Shown one piece after another: positions 8,731 through 17,459 of a stretch of 62,294 nt of DNA. The stretch's first letter is position 1, and every line of letters starts with the position of its first letter. Source of the DNA: a virus (taxonomy: Duplodnaviria > Caudoviricetes); IMG/VR virus record IMGVR_UViG_3300036790_000128, positions 1 through 62,294 of that record. One strand, 5' to 3'. A model generated the notes under the pieces. The model ran no database searches. It saw only the letters and a program-made list of their open reading frames with translations, and was not told the DNA's origin. The translations under genes were made by a program, and so were the position numbers.

Positions 8731-11469
8731 TTACATCCCCACCGAAATATCCGCATGGGCTCCGATGATCACCCGAGGCACGGGATCGGTGCAGGAGACA
8801 ACGAAAACGAACTGCCTGCCGTTGCCCATGCGCAGCCATCGCAGGCGTGTCAGGAACTGCCCCATCTTGCCCATCGATCGCCAGAACTGCAAAGGCGTGA
8901 ACGTATTCGCGCCATCGACCGACCAGCCAAGTTGAATCTGCGGATTTGAACCGGGACCGACCGCCGTTCCGACGCCCGCTTGAATATCCAGTTCGAAGCG
9001 CGAGAAGAACAGCCGCTTGCGGTCTTGATTATAGGGAATAGAATAGGCCAGCCCCCGGATGGTATTGCCGAGTTCAGTGTAGGTCGTCCAATCCAGCAGG
9101 TTCACATTGCCGTTGAAGGCGTCGCCCAGATAGGTATTGTTGAAGGCCCGAAACGCCGTTGTCGCGCGCCACACCCCAAGCGACGCATTATTGGCATCCC
9201 ATGATTCCCGATCATGCCAGCGGTTGGTTGAAATATCGAACACCAGGGTCCGCTTCGAAACCGGAAGCGTGAGGATGACGAACTTGTGGCCCTCCAACGT
9301 GTAGGTAAAGCAATATGCCTGCGTAATATCTCCGTCCTGGGCGATGACATGCTCGACCGAATGCGTCGAGACGCGGATCGGCACGGTCGATTGCAGCCGA
9401 TAGAAAATCTTGTCTGCGCCAAGAAAGAAGATCGCGCCGTCCTGTTTGAAGATGGTTTTTGGCGAGACGCATCCATAACTGATTCCTGCCCCGGTATAGC
9501 GAGCGAACGGGAAGCCCGGCGAGATTCCCGCATCGTACCAGAGTTCAAGATGTTCCTGGCAGATCACAAACAGAAGCTGGAGATTTTGCACCGTTCCCGT
9601 GATGAAATCGGGTTGCGATTCGGCGGACGCAAAGTTCAATCCATTGAATGTCGTGCCGTCATAGAGGTTCGACACGAACATCTCATTGGTGCCCATGCGA
9701 TCAAAGACGAAATACCCATCAAAAAAACAGACCGTGTTGGCCGGATAAAAATTAGGATCGGTGATCTGCTGGAAGCCATAGGTTGCCGACTGTGGATTGG
9801 TGTCGAAAATCCAACCCGCCGACGCCGCACCACTGACGATGCACAACTGGAATCCGTTGTCCGACATGCTGACAATATCGGAGGCGCCGATGCCAGACCC
9901 GACAATCGTCGCCACACCAACGACGTAACCGGAACCACCAGCAAGGCCGGCGAGCGACGCTATCGCGCCATTGACGGTCGCCACAGGAACAGAAAAACCA
10001 GAACCAGACCCGCCAAGATTTACATTCGAAGCCGACAGCACGTCGCCGATCACATAGCCGGTTCCGAGGGTGGCGAGCAGCACGCTACCGATCGCGCCAT
10101 TACTGACGGCCACGGTCGCCGTCGCGCCGGCACCGCTGCCTCCGGTCAGCGGCACGCCGTAATAGGTGCCGTTCACATAGCCAGCGCCACCCGTGATCGC
10201 CCCCAAGGACGCGATCAGTGGATTAGTGAGACTTGCGACCGAAATGGAAAACCCTGTTCCGCCACCGAGCGGCGCAGACAGAAGATCGCCGACCTGAAAA
10301 TTTATGCCGAAGGTTTGCAGAGAAACCAGCGTTATGACACCAGCCGTCACTCCGATGTTGGCCGTAGCGCCGGAGCCTGAACCTCCGGTCAATGGAACAT
10401 CAAAGAATGTCCCTAATGTCGATTGTGCGAGTTGATAGAGTGAATTTCCGGCCACGACATACGGCACGTCCTGTTTGAGCCATGACCCACGGCTACTGCC
10501 TGGTATATCGACGGACGTGACTGTGATGCTGAATCCAGACCCGGAACCGCCAAGAAAGCTGTTAGAACATGACAACACATCGCCGATATCATAATTGATG
10601 CCCGGAAAGATGACTGCAACCCCACTGACAGCACCGCTCGTCACCGTGATATTTGCAATCGCCCCCGAGCCGTGACCGCCTGTCAGCGGCACGTTCTTGA
10701 ATGCCCCAACGCCGGCGGAATTATAGCCGGACCCCGCCTGCAAAGAGGTCAGGGACGTGATCTGGCTTCCCGTCAATGTCGTCACTTGCAGGGAGACCGC
10801 GCCGCTATTGGCAGGAAGCGGCGGCGAGTTGGCGCTGAGAAGATCGCCAATATTGAAACCACCGCCGGGATTGACAATCCCAACGGTATCAACAGCAAAG
10901 AGCCCTGTCGGGGGATAGAAATGACACAACATATTGGCTGTTGCGCCGGAGCCTGAGCCTCCAGTCAGCGGAACATTTGAAAATGCGCCCTGATTTGCGT
11001 AACGACCGCCGCTAACAATAGCAATGGCGGCAATGCCTTGGCTTCCAATCCCATTAACTGTAATTGAAAAACCGGACCCGGTGCCGCCCAGGAAGGAATT
11101 CGAGGCACTCAATACGTCGCCCACCTTATAGGCCGTACCCGGTTGAGCCAAAGTACAGGTCGTCACCGCGCCGCCGCTGATCGTAATATTGGCTGTTGCG
11201 CCAGAGCCTGAGCCTCCAGTCAGCGGGACATTCTGAAATGTATTGGTGGCGTAACCTGAACCTCCCGCGAATGGCGCACCTGTCCCAGCAATCGCACCGA
11301 GGATCGTAGACGTATTCGCAAACGCCGACATGCCCGGCGCACCAAACAATGGCGTCTGCGATTTGGCTCCCTGCGGTTCTTTTTCGGTAAAGAAATTCAC
11401 CAGCCGCTGCGCATTCAAGGGCAGACTGCGGCTTTCTGCGGATTCGACGGCAAAGAGAATCTCCGGCAT
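8731..11469 (-). CDS. P22 gp10-like tail hub/DNA stabilization protein with inserted Gly-rich repeats
   Basis: SRSLPLNAQRLVNFF...LFGAPG, FFDGYFVF, FASAESQPD and SVDGANTF...LRWLRMG motifs; five VPLTGGxGxGAxA repeats. Confidence 0.85.
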   Translation of the reverse strand: MPEILFAVESAESRSLPLNAQRLVNFFTEKEPQGAKSQTPLFGAPGMSAFANTSTILGAIAGTGAPFAGGSGYATNTFQNVPLTGGSGSGATANITISGGAVTTCTLAQPGTAYKVGDVLSASNSFLGGTGSGFSITVNGIGSQGIAAIAIVSGGRYANQGAFSNVPLTGGSGSGATANMLCHFYPPTGLFAVDTVGIVNPGGGFNIGDLLSANSPPLPANSGAVSLQVTTLTGSQITSLTSLQAGSGYNSAGVGAFKNVPLTGGHGSGAIANITVTSGAVSGVAVIFPGINYDIGDVLSCSNSFLGGSGSGFSITVTSVDIPGSSRGSWLKQDVPYVVAGNSLYQLAQSTLGTFFDVPLTGGSGSGATANIGVTAGVITLVSLQTFGINFQVGDLLSAPLGGGTGFSISVASLTNPLIASLGAITGGAGYVNGTYYGVPLTGGSGAGATATVAVSNGAIGSVLLATLGTGYVIGDVLSASNVNLGGSGSGFSVPVATVNGAIASLAGLAGGSGYVVGVATIVGSGIGASDIVSMSDNGFQLCIVSGAASAGWIFDTNPQSATYGFQQITDPNFYPANTVCFFDGYFVFDRMGTNEMFVSNLYDGTTFNGLNFASAESQPDFITGTVQNLQLLFVICQEHLELWYDAGISPGFPFARYTGAGISYGCVSPKTIFKQDGAIFFLGADKIFYRLQSTVPIRVSTHSVEHVIAQDGDITQAYCFTYTLEGHKFVILTLPVSKRTLVFDISTNRWHDRESWDANNASLGVWRATTAFRAFNNTYLGDAFNGNVNLLDWTTYTELGNTIRGLAYSIPYNQDRKRLFFSRFELDIQAGVGTAVGPGSNPQIQLGWSVDGANTFTPLQFWRSMGKMGQFLTRLRWLRMGNGRQFVFVVSCTDPVPRVIIGAHADISVGM

Positions 11470-11475
11470 CGGCCT

Positions 11476-12486
11476 TTATCTCTGCGCCTCGTCATAACTC
11501 ATCCCGAAATAGATCGGTTCCGACTCGCGATCGAAGCCCTGCACGAGATCGAGCTTCTTTTCCGATTCCTGCAGGATGATCGCCCATCGCTGCGGCGGAC
11601 AATCGAATTCCGGTCCCATTTCCTTGGCCAGATTCCAGCCGATGGCATTGATCCATTCCTGTGGAAAATCGACCGTGTTGGCAGGTGTGTTGATGTCCAT
11701 CAGCGGCCGATACCAGGTGAATCGTGCGCCGAAATTCGCGTTCTGCGGCGTGAGCCATGCATAGTATTCGCCGGAAACAAGCTGCGGCGAATAAAAGAAC
11801 TGTGTGGTGATGCCGGGATTGAGCGGATTCGGCAGGTCCATGTATTCCTTGCGCGAGAGCACTGACATCGGCGTCAGCCGCGGGCCGTTGTTCTGGCCGC
11901 CCTGATAGTAGATCGTCCTCGAGCGCGGCACCTTCAAAGGCCGCACGATCTTGGTCGCATAGTCGAACACGTTGTTCTGCGCCGATGCGCTCGCGCCAGC
12001 GGGCAACGGAGTTGCAAACGTCACCACATTGTTGACCGGAGCGCCGCTGACCGTGGTCCAGAACGCAGCGCCGCTGTCGAGCACTATCCCAAAATTATCG
12101 CCAGCGTTGACCGTAACCCCATTGTAGTTCGTCGTGCTGTTGACCGTGACGGAGGTCGCCCCCGCCCCGATCGGCGCCGCAACCTGCATCGAGACCCACG
12201 AATTCGCGTCGCAGCAATTGTCAGGCCCGGTCCCGCCCGTCCCCGTCCCGCCGAGCAGATAACGCGCCTGCCCCTGCTGGAAGAACAGGATGGCTTCTTC
12301 CTCGGTCCACACATGAATGCCGGTCGCCATCCATTCCTTGATCATGGCGTTCATCGCCAGGACCGTGTCGGCATACTGACCGGCAGTCGGCGTTTCATCC
12401 TCCGCGATCACGCCAAGCTTGCGCAGCGCCATACTGACGATCGCGGTGGCGGCGGGATTGAACGACGATGTGTTCGACGTTGTCAT
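11476..12486 (-). CDS. Head-tail adaptor (P22 gp4-like)
   Basis: IVSMALRKLGV...LAMNAMIKEW N-terminus; DFPQEWINAIGWNLA C-terminus. Confidence 0.75.
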   Translation of the reverse strand: MTTSNTSSFNPAATAIVSMALRKLGVIAEDETPTAGQYADTVLAMNAMIKEWMATGIHVWTEEEAILFFQQGQARYLLGGTGTGGTGPDNCCDANSWVSMQVAAPIGAGATSVTVNSTTNYNGVTVNAGDNFGIVLDSGAAFWTTVSGAPVNNVVTFATPLPAGASASAQNNVFDYATKIVRPLKVPRSRTIYYQGGQNNGPRLTPMSVLSRKEYMDLPNPLNPGITTQFFYSPQLVSGEYYAWLTPQNANFGARFTWYRPLMDINTPANTVDFPQEWINAIGWNLAKEMGPEFDCPPQRWAIILQESEKKLDLVQGFDRESEPIYFGMSYDEAQR

Positions 12487-12504
12487 CTTTCATCCCAGCA
12501 TTAC

Positions 12505-12553
12505 GTTGACCGAGTCCGGCGCCCATCCCACGAAGGCCCCATCGTGACACACA
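12505..12553 (+). repeat. 49-bp dispersed repeat R3 (unpaired)
   Basis: GTTGACCGAGTCCGG-CGCCCA-TCCCACGAAGGCCCCATCGTGACACACA. Confidence 0.92.
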
Positions 12554-12558
12554 CTGCC

Positions 12559-13038
12559 TTACGGCAACCCCGGCACCGGAGGTGGCGAAGCCTGATAAAG
12601 CGTTACCAGATTCCCTGACGCCATCGTAGAGGGAAGCGGTCGTGAAAGCACAAGATTCGTCCCCACAGGCGCGATAGCAATCGTCGTGAAAAACACTGAG
12701 CCGCCATCCAGATCGGTCATGCAGCCGACCTTCGCTCCCTGGTAAAATCCGAAGATAGTCTGAACGGGAATCGCCGTCTGACCAACTACGGCATTTGCAG
12801 TCGTCTGCGTGCTGATCGGACCGACGTAGACGTTTGCGCCCAAGGGACGTGGATCTGGAACAGATTGAATGTCTGGGACGCCCTTGACCAAATCCTGAGG
12901 CTGGCGAGGCTCCCAGCGCGCCTCATCTACAATCAGGCCGGTCCATTCCTTGCGGGTGCGCTCTGCCCTTTGGGGAAAACCTGTTCGATCATCGGTTCTG
13001 TAGAACGAACCGCGGAGGTAGCGGAGTTTGCGGCCCAT
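12559..13038 (-). CDS. Conserved phage structural-region protein
   Basis: DDRTGF...RKEWTGLIV...WEPRQPQD motif seen upstream of adaptor genes. Confidence 0.65.
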   Translation of the reverse strand: MGRKLRYLRGSFYRTDDRTGFPQRAERTRKEWTGLIVDEARWEPRQPQDLVKGVPDIQSVPDPRPLGANVYVGPISTQTTANAVVGQTAIPVQTIFGFYQGAKVGCMTDLDGGSVFFTTIAIAPVGTNLVLSRPLPSTMASGNLVTLYQASPPPVPGLP

Positions 13039-13086
13039 TAGTTTTCCACATTAGCAGCAGGCTACCGCAGCGCTCAACACAAAACT

Positions 13087-13680
13087 TTAATTGCTTTCGT
13101 ATGTACCACTGATAATCAATAAGTCGCTACCTGTCGGATTGCCTAACGCCGCTAAGAACACACGAAATGTCGTAGCGTTGGAACCAAGAGCCGTGTCAAG
13201 TCCAGCGCCGCTAGCGCCATCCTGGCCGGAGAAAGCATAGAAAACATTTGATAATGTCAACGCCGCAACAGGTAGCGTACCAATGGTAATCGTCCCTGAG
13301 CAGGTGCCAATGGCTGCTTGAACAACAGTAGTAAACCATACTGTTTTGCCAAGAACCTTATATCGACCGATCTGAATTGAGTAAGCGCCAACAGCTCCCG
13401 TGCCGCAGGTGATCGTCGGTGAGAATGTTGACCACGCTGTTAGCGATAATCCTGTAACGGCACCGGCCGTTAGCCCGCTAGCCGTGCCCGTAAGATTGGT
13501 TCCAACGCCAGCCGAAGGCGTGCCGAGATCACCCGCACCTTGTAGGCACGTCCCAGTCGTCGTACCGAACGCAGGGCATGGCGGATACGGCCCAACCGGC
13601 TGCCCTTGCTGCGCCTGCGCAAAAACAAACAAACCGCAGCAGAACAGAGCAACGGAAAGAACCCCAGCAACGAATCTCAT
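13087..13680 (-). CDS. Signal-peptide-bearing protein with tail-fibre-tip-like C-terminus
   Basis: MRFVAGVLSVALFCCGLFVFAQA; WSTFSPT...GRYKVLGKTV...ISGTYE. Confidence 0.6.
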   Translation of the reverse strand: MRFVAGVLSVALFCCGLFVFAQAQQGQPVGPYPPCPAFGTTTGTCLQGAGDLGTPSAGVGTNLTGTASGLTAGAVTGLSLTAWSTFSPTITCGTGAVGAYSIQIGRYKVLGKTVWFTTVVQAAIGTCSGTITIGTLPVAALTLSNVFYAFSGQDGASGAGLDTALGSNATTFRVFLAALGNPTGSDLLIISGTYESN

Positions 13681-14273
13681 TTGAAATCACCGCTGATAAA
13701 GGCATGAGTCGATGCGGTCTTCGTAAAGCACCCCGTAGTCGATGCACCAATGGTGATTCCCGTCGCAAAAGCCACAGGAACAGGAAACGCCGCGCTATAG
13801 GACGTCGTCCCCAAAGGCATCGCATAGCATTTGGCTGGCGTTACCCCTCCATCAGTCGGCGCCGAGGTCGCATTGTAGATCATGATCCACCACGCCGCAC
13901 CTGAGAGCGTAGAATCCGCGCTAATGTTGAATGAGTAGAGATTCCCTGCCGATCCTTTGATGATCTGATTGGCACAAAGCGATGAACAGGCCACCGTGGA
14001 AAGCCCGGCTAGCGCCTCGGATGAGGGTGCCGGCACCACACCGTTGCCCGCAGCGATAGTTGGCGTGGTGGGCAATGTTACTGCTCCACCGCCGCCTCCG
14101 CTGCTGTCAACATTGATCGACCCATCCGAATTGACCTTGAGCTGCTGTGTCGGAGTTGTCGAATCGGCAATGAACACCGTGCCGAGATAATTAGTCTGCG
14201 CCGCCCACGCGACAACGCTGGCGCTGATCAGAGCACACCCAGCAGCAATCAAAACGACTTTCCACGTCTTCAT
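13677..14273 (-). CDS. Signal-peptide-bearing putative virion accessory protein
   Basis: MKTWKVVLIAAGCALISASVVAWA; IKGSAGNLYS...PVAFATGIT. Confidence 0.6.
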   Translation of the reverse strand: MKTWKVVLIAAGCALISASVVAWAAQTNYLGTVFIADSTTPTQQLKVNSDGSINVDSSGGGGGAVTLPTTPTIAAGNGVVPAPSSEALAGLSTVACSSLCANQIIKGSAGNLYSFNISADSTLSGAAWWIMIYNATSAPTDGGVTPAKCYAMPLGTTSYSAAFPVPVAFATGITIGASTTGCFTKTASTHAFISGDFK

Positions 14274-14286
14274 CGTTCTGATTCCC

Positions 14287-14724
14287 CTAGCTCTGCGGAA
14301 TGCCCTTGGTGCCGCGCATCTTCACCGTATAGCCGGAGTTCACCATCGCGCCCAAGGTGGTGAATTTGATCTTGCCGGTAGCGCCTGTCAAAAGCACGCC
14401 GGCTGAACTCACAGCCGCAAGTCCACCGACATTATCGAAGCAAATCCGGCCGAACCCGCCAAGCACCAGTGCATTCTGAGAACTCGTGGCGTCCCAGATG
14501 ATTTCCAGCGCCATGCCCTTCACATCATATTCGATCTCGCGAATCTTGATGTGCTGCACCGGATAGAAATTCTGGCCATAGAGAAAGATGCCAAGTGGAC
14601 CGGCTGACGATCCGTCCACCTTGACGACGTTTGACTCCCCCGTCCCATCAGACAGGTTCGTGAACACATAGACCCAGTTCTTGCGGCCGTTCTCAATCAG
14701 CGCGCTCGTGACAGCATCGGCCAT
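14287..14724 (-). CDS. Putative virion protein
   Basis: FTNLSDGTGESNVVKVD motif; RBS GGAGG. Confidence 0.65.
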   Translation of the reverse strand: MADAVTSALIENGRKNWVYVFTNLSDGTGESNVVKVDGSSAGPLGIFLYGQNFYPVQHIKIREIEYDVKGMALEIIWDATSSQNALVLGGFGRICFDNVGGLAAVSSAGVLLTGATGKIKFTTLGAMVNSGYTVKMRGTKGIPQS

Positions 14725-14748
14725 GACGGCGATCCTCCGTCAAATGGC

Positions 14749-15792
14749 TCAGCTCGGGTTGATGCCAAGGCCCGTCGTGCCGGCAGTCGGCGGCCCGCCA
14801 TCGACGTAGCAGTTGGCGAGGAAATTGGTATCGCCCCATTTCGTGGCGCCGACCGACGTGCATTGCTGCATCAGCACATAGCCGCCGGGTGACGCATTGG
14901 TGAATGACCCGACTTCGTTGATGGCGGTAGCCCCAGATTTGATCGCATTGAGGAACGCACAATGCTGGAACCACTGCTCGCGATCGACACAGGCCGCACC
15001 CGCACCGAGAATGTGCAGCGGAGTGGCCGCCGTCGTATCCATGATGAACGAGCAATTGCGGAACACATTGCGTGGCGTACCGCCGGTCAGTTCAAGCGAT
15101 GCATTCGCCACCGCGCCGCGGGCCACGGTATCGAGCCCGAAATTGCAGTGTTCAAACGTGGTTTCACCGATACCCGCGCCGCCAAGCTTGAAGGACCGCG
15201 AGCCGGCGTCAGCCGCCGATGTCGCATCGCCCATGCCGCCGAAGTCCATGTTCCAGTACGAATTCCGGCCGCCGTTATCGGTCCAGCAGATTTGATTGGT
15301 GCCGCCGGTCGAGAAGCCGTGGAACAAGCTGACGTTGGCGAACAGGCATCCGCCCCCGGTCACAGCGACGAAATTTCCAGAACCGAATGTCGCCTGCGTA
15401 TAGGTGCCGGTCGGCGGCGCAATGCGAGCCCGCTGCGCAACTTGCGTCGGGGCACCGATGCCGACCAGATGCAATGCATTCTTGTTCCAGTTCAGAACGC
15501 CCGTAGTCGCTAGGGGATTGATCGATTGTGCTCCAGCCAATGAAAGCCGCGCCGTTCCGGCAGCAGCGCCATCGCCGATCAGCACCACCACGTCATTGCG
15601 TCCAGAGACGGCCTTATTGACCGCCTGATAGAGCGTCTGCAGCGCCTGGCTCGGGCTTGTTCCCGCGTTACCGTCCAGTCCGTTGACCGGATCGACGAAC
15701 CACCATGTCCCGGTAAACGGCAAGCCGCCGATCCCGCCAAGAACTGGAACGCCGAAAGAGGTCACGCCATTCGGGAAATTCGTAAGGCCCAT
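14749..15792 (-). CDS. Putative virion protein with beta-helix-like domain
   Basis: TNFPNGVTSFGVP N-terminus; FVDPVNGLDGNAGTSPSQA motif; repeated FxNCxF. Confidence 0.65.
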   Translation of the reverse strand: MGLTNFPNGVTSFGVPVLGGIGGLPFTGTWWFVDPVNGLDGNAGTSPSQALQTLYQAVNKAVSGRNDVVVLIGDGAAAGTARLSLAGAQSINPLATTGVLNWNKNALHLVGIGAPTQVAQRARIAPPTGTYTQATFGSGNFVAVTGGGCLFANVSLFHGFSTGGTNQICWTDNGGRNSYWNMDFGGMGDATSAADAGSRSFKLGGAGIGETTFEHCNFGLDTVARGAVANASLELTGGTPRNVFRNCSFIMDTTAATPLHILGAGAACVDREQWFQHCAFLNAIKSGATAINEVGSFTNASPGGYVLMQQCTSVGATKWGDTNFLANCYVDGGPPTAGTTGLGINPS

Positions 15793-15805
15793 GATCGTTC
15801 TCCTA

Positions 15806-15895
15806 TGGCTGCCCGCGGGATTCGAACACCGCGCTTACCCCAAGACCTGGGACAGCGGTTGAGCCAAAGGCCGCCATAAAGGAGAGCGGCAGCCA
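15806..15895 (-). other. tRNA-like structured leader directly upstream of an RBS
   Basis: 8-bp closing stem TGGCTGCC/GGCAGCCA, T-arm-like CGCGG-TGTTCGAATC-CCGCG, ends in CCA; no canonical D or anticodon arm. Confidence 0.4.
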
Positions 15896-16212
15896 GAATC
15901 GGAAGGATGTTCGACGATGCCTGACTGCCTAGAGAACAGCGTTATGGGATTCGCTGTGTCCGGTCAAGGGGAATGGGGAAAGGGTAGTGGGCTCTTTTAA
16001 TTATGGCGATCCAGGGTTTGACCCCACAGTGCCTACCGCAGTGCGGTTGATATATCAACACATAAGTGCTGCATATTTTGCTCACAGGCCGGTTTTGGCC
16101 GCGTCATAGAGCCGTACTTTCCCGGCTCTCGACCGCAAAGGGAGCCGATTTTGAGCAATAGTCGGGAAATGCGCCGCCTACAGGGGAAAGGTCACAGGAA
16201 GGTAGGTTTAGA

Positions 16213-16262
16213 TTTGTGTCACGAGAGGGCCTTCGTGGGAGCAGCGCCGGATGTCGGTCAAC
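16213..16262 (-). repeat. 49-bp dispersed repeat R4 (50-bp variant)
   Basis: Reverse complement GTTGACCGACATCCGG-CGCTGC-TCCCACGAAGGCCCTCTCGTGACACAAA. Confidence 0.9.
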
Positions 16263-16301
16263 GCTTGGCTGTGCCATTTAGAACATGCCAAGATGTTATA
16301 G

Positions 16302-16640
16302 TCATCGTATTTTCCAATCTGGGAAAGGCTTTTCGATTGCTCGGTCCCACCATCGCTTGCGCAGCCCGCGAAAGCCGGGAATTGCCTCATCGATTGTGCA
16401 GGCAACGGCGTTGCCCTTGCGCACAATCCCGCCGCCCCACATGCCTGTTACGGGTGCCCAGCCGCGCAATTTTCCATGCGCCACGACGTAGAAACGATCA
16501 CCGGGCTTCGCGAGGGATTTGAAGCTATGCTGAGTGAACCAGCCCCATTCCTCGCCAGTCTCAGGATCGCCAGCGGCGTCGCCTTCCGCGATCCATTCCC
16601 CCCAAAAATCTTTCGGGCAAGTGCCAACAAGATCGACCAT
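16302..16640 (-). CDS. ASCH/PUA-like hypothetical protein (cassette cargo)
   Basis: KPGDRFYVV..GKLRGWAPV and IPGFRGLR patterns; lies between R4 and R5. Confidence 0.5.
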   Translation of the reverse strand: MVDLVGTCPKDFWGEWIAEGDAAGDPETGEEWGWFTQHSFKSLAKPGDRFYVVAHGKLRGWAPVTGMWGGGIVRKGNAVACTIDEAIPGFRGLRKRWWDRAIEKPFPDWKIR

Positions 16641-16682
16641 TTTCAGATGCCCCTAGTCCTAGTAGGTCTTAGTAGAGCCATC

Positions 16683-16731
16683 GTTGACCGAGTCCGGCGC
16701 CAATCCCACGAAGGCCCCATCGTGAAACAAA
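16683..16731 (+). repeat. 49-bp dispersed repeat R5
   Basis: GTTGACCGAGTCCGG-CGCCAA-TCCCACGAAGGCCCCATCGTGAAACAAA. Confidence 0.92.
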
Positions 16732-16743
16732 CCTTGACTGTGC

Positions 16744-16773
16744 AAAAAAAGCCGCCCAGGCGAGAGCGGCTTT
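16744..16773 (-). terminator. Rho-independent terminator
   Basis: AAAGCCGC stem, loop, GCGGC followed by T7 on the minus strand. Confidence 0.7.
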
Positions 16774-16890
16774 AAGTTTGGTGAAGCGCAGTTACGCGAG
16801 AGAGAGATTAGGACGGAAGGGATGTTGGGTCAATGCCGCTCCAGGCAGTCTCGGGGATAGACGCGGCTTCATCGATCCATGCCTATCGGG

Positions 16891-16919
16891 TTGACACATA
16901 CAAGCCCCTGTGCTAGTGT
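16891..16919 (+). promoter_or_regulatory. Sigma70-like promoter in the IS left end
   Basis: TTGACA-17 nt-TAGTGT. Confidence 0.55.
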
Positions 16920-16943
16920 TTCGTCATTGGGCGATCCCGCCCT

Positions 16944-17183
16944 TTGATGGAGAGTGTGATGAAAAAGCCGCGAAAAATGACCTGCTACGTTGGCCGAAGC
17001 CCCGATGGTGTGCGCCGTCTTTTTGCGCAGGATCAGGACCCGGCGCGCGCGATGGCAGACGCCTTTGATGCCGCCCGCGAATACATCAAAGGGCGACCGG
17101 ATTGCGCGCCGCTGGCAAACTGGAGCTTCGATCTGGCGAGCATTCCAGACATGAAGGCCGTGATGTACGGGCAGGAGGGCTGA
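16944..17183 (+). CDS. IS passenger hypothetical protein
   Basis: 79-aa ORF inside the IS, same strand as the transposase. Confidence 0.6.
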   Translation: MMESVMKKPRKMTCYVGRSPDGVRRLFAQDQDPARAMADAFDAAREYIKGRPDCAPLANWSFDLASIPDMKAVMYGQEG

Positions 17184-17186
17184 GCC

Positions 17187-17459
17187 ATGGCCCGCGAAAT
17201 TGGCATGAACTGCTGGCCTTACGGCAACCCGCGTGGGTGCGATGCCCAATTCAATATCGCGTTGAAACGCGGCGAGCGTCGGGAAGATGCTGACAAGCGC
17301 CTTGAACGCGAAGCTGGCGAAGCGGGTTGGTGCATCGGGCATTATGATGGTCAGGGATTTTACGTGTGCCCCGATCACAAAACCTGCATTTATGACCCGG
17401 TTCCGCTCAATGCAGGCAGAAAACCTATCCGCGTTCGACGCGCGGCGGGGGAGGCGTAA
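17187..17459 (+). CDS. IS passenger hypothetical protein (Cys-containing)
   Basis: 90 aa, RBS GGAGG, abuts the transposase start. Confidence 0.6.
   Translation: MAREIGMNCWPYGNPRGCDAQFNIALKRGERREDADKRLEREAGEAGWCIGHYDGQGFYVCPDHKTCIYDPVPLNAGRKPIRVRRAAGEA

Noticed and set aside
12505-12553. XerCD dif/pdif site
   Set aside because: The 6-bp variable centre is reminiscent, but the arms lack the TTATGTTAAAT-like XerD arm and are not inverted about the spacer.
15806-15895. Functional tRNA gene
   Set aside because: No canonical D arm or 7-nt anticodon loop; reported only as tRNA-like.
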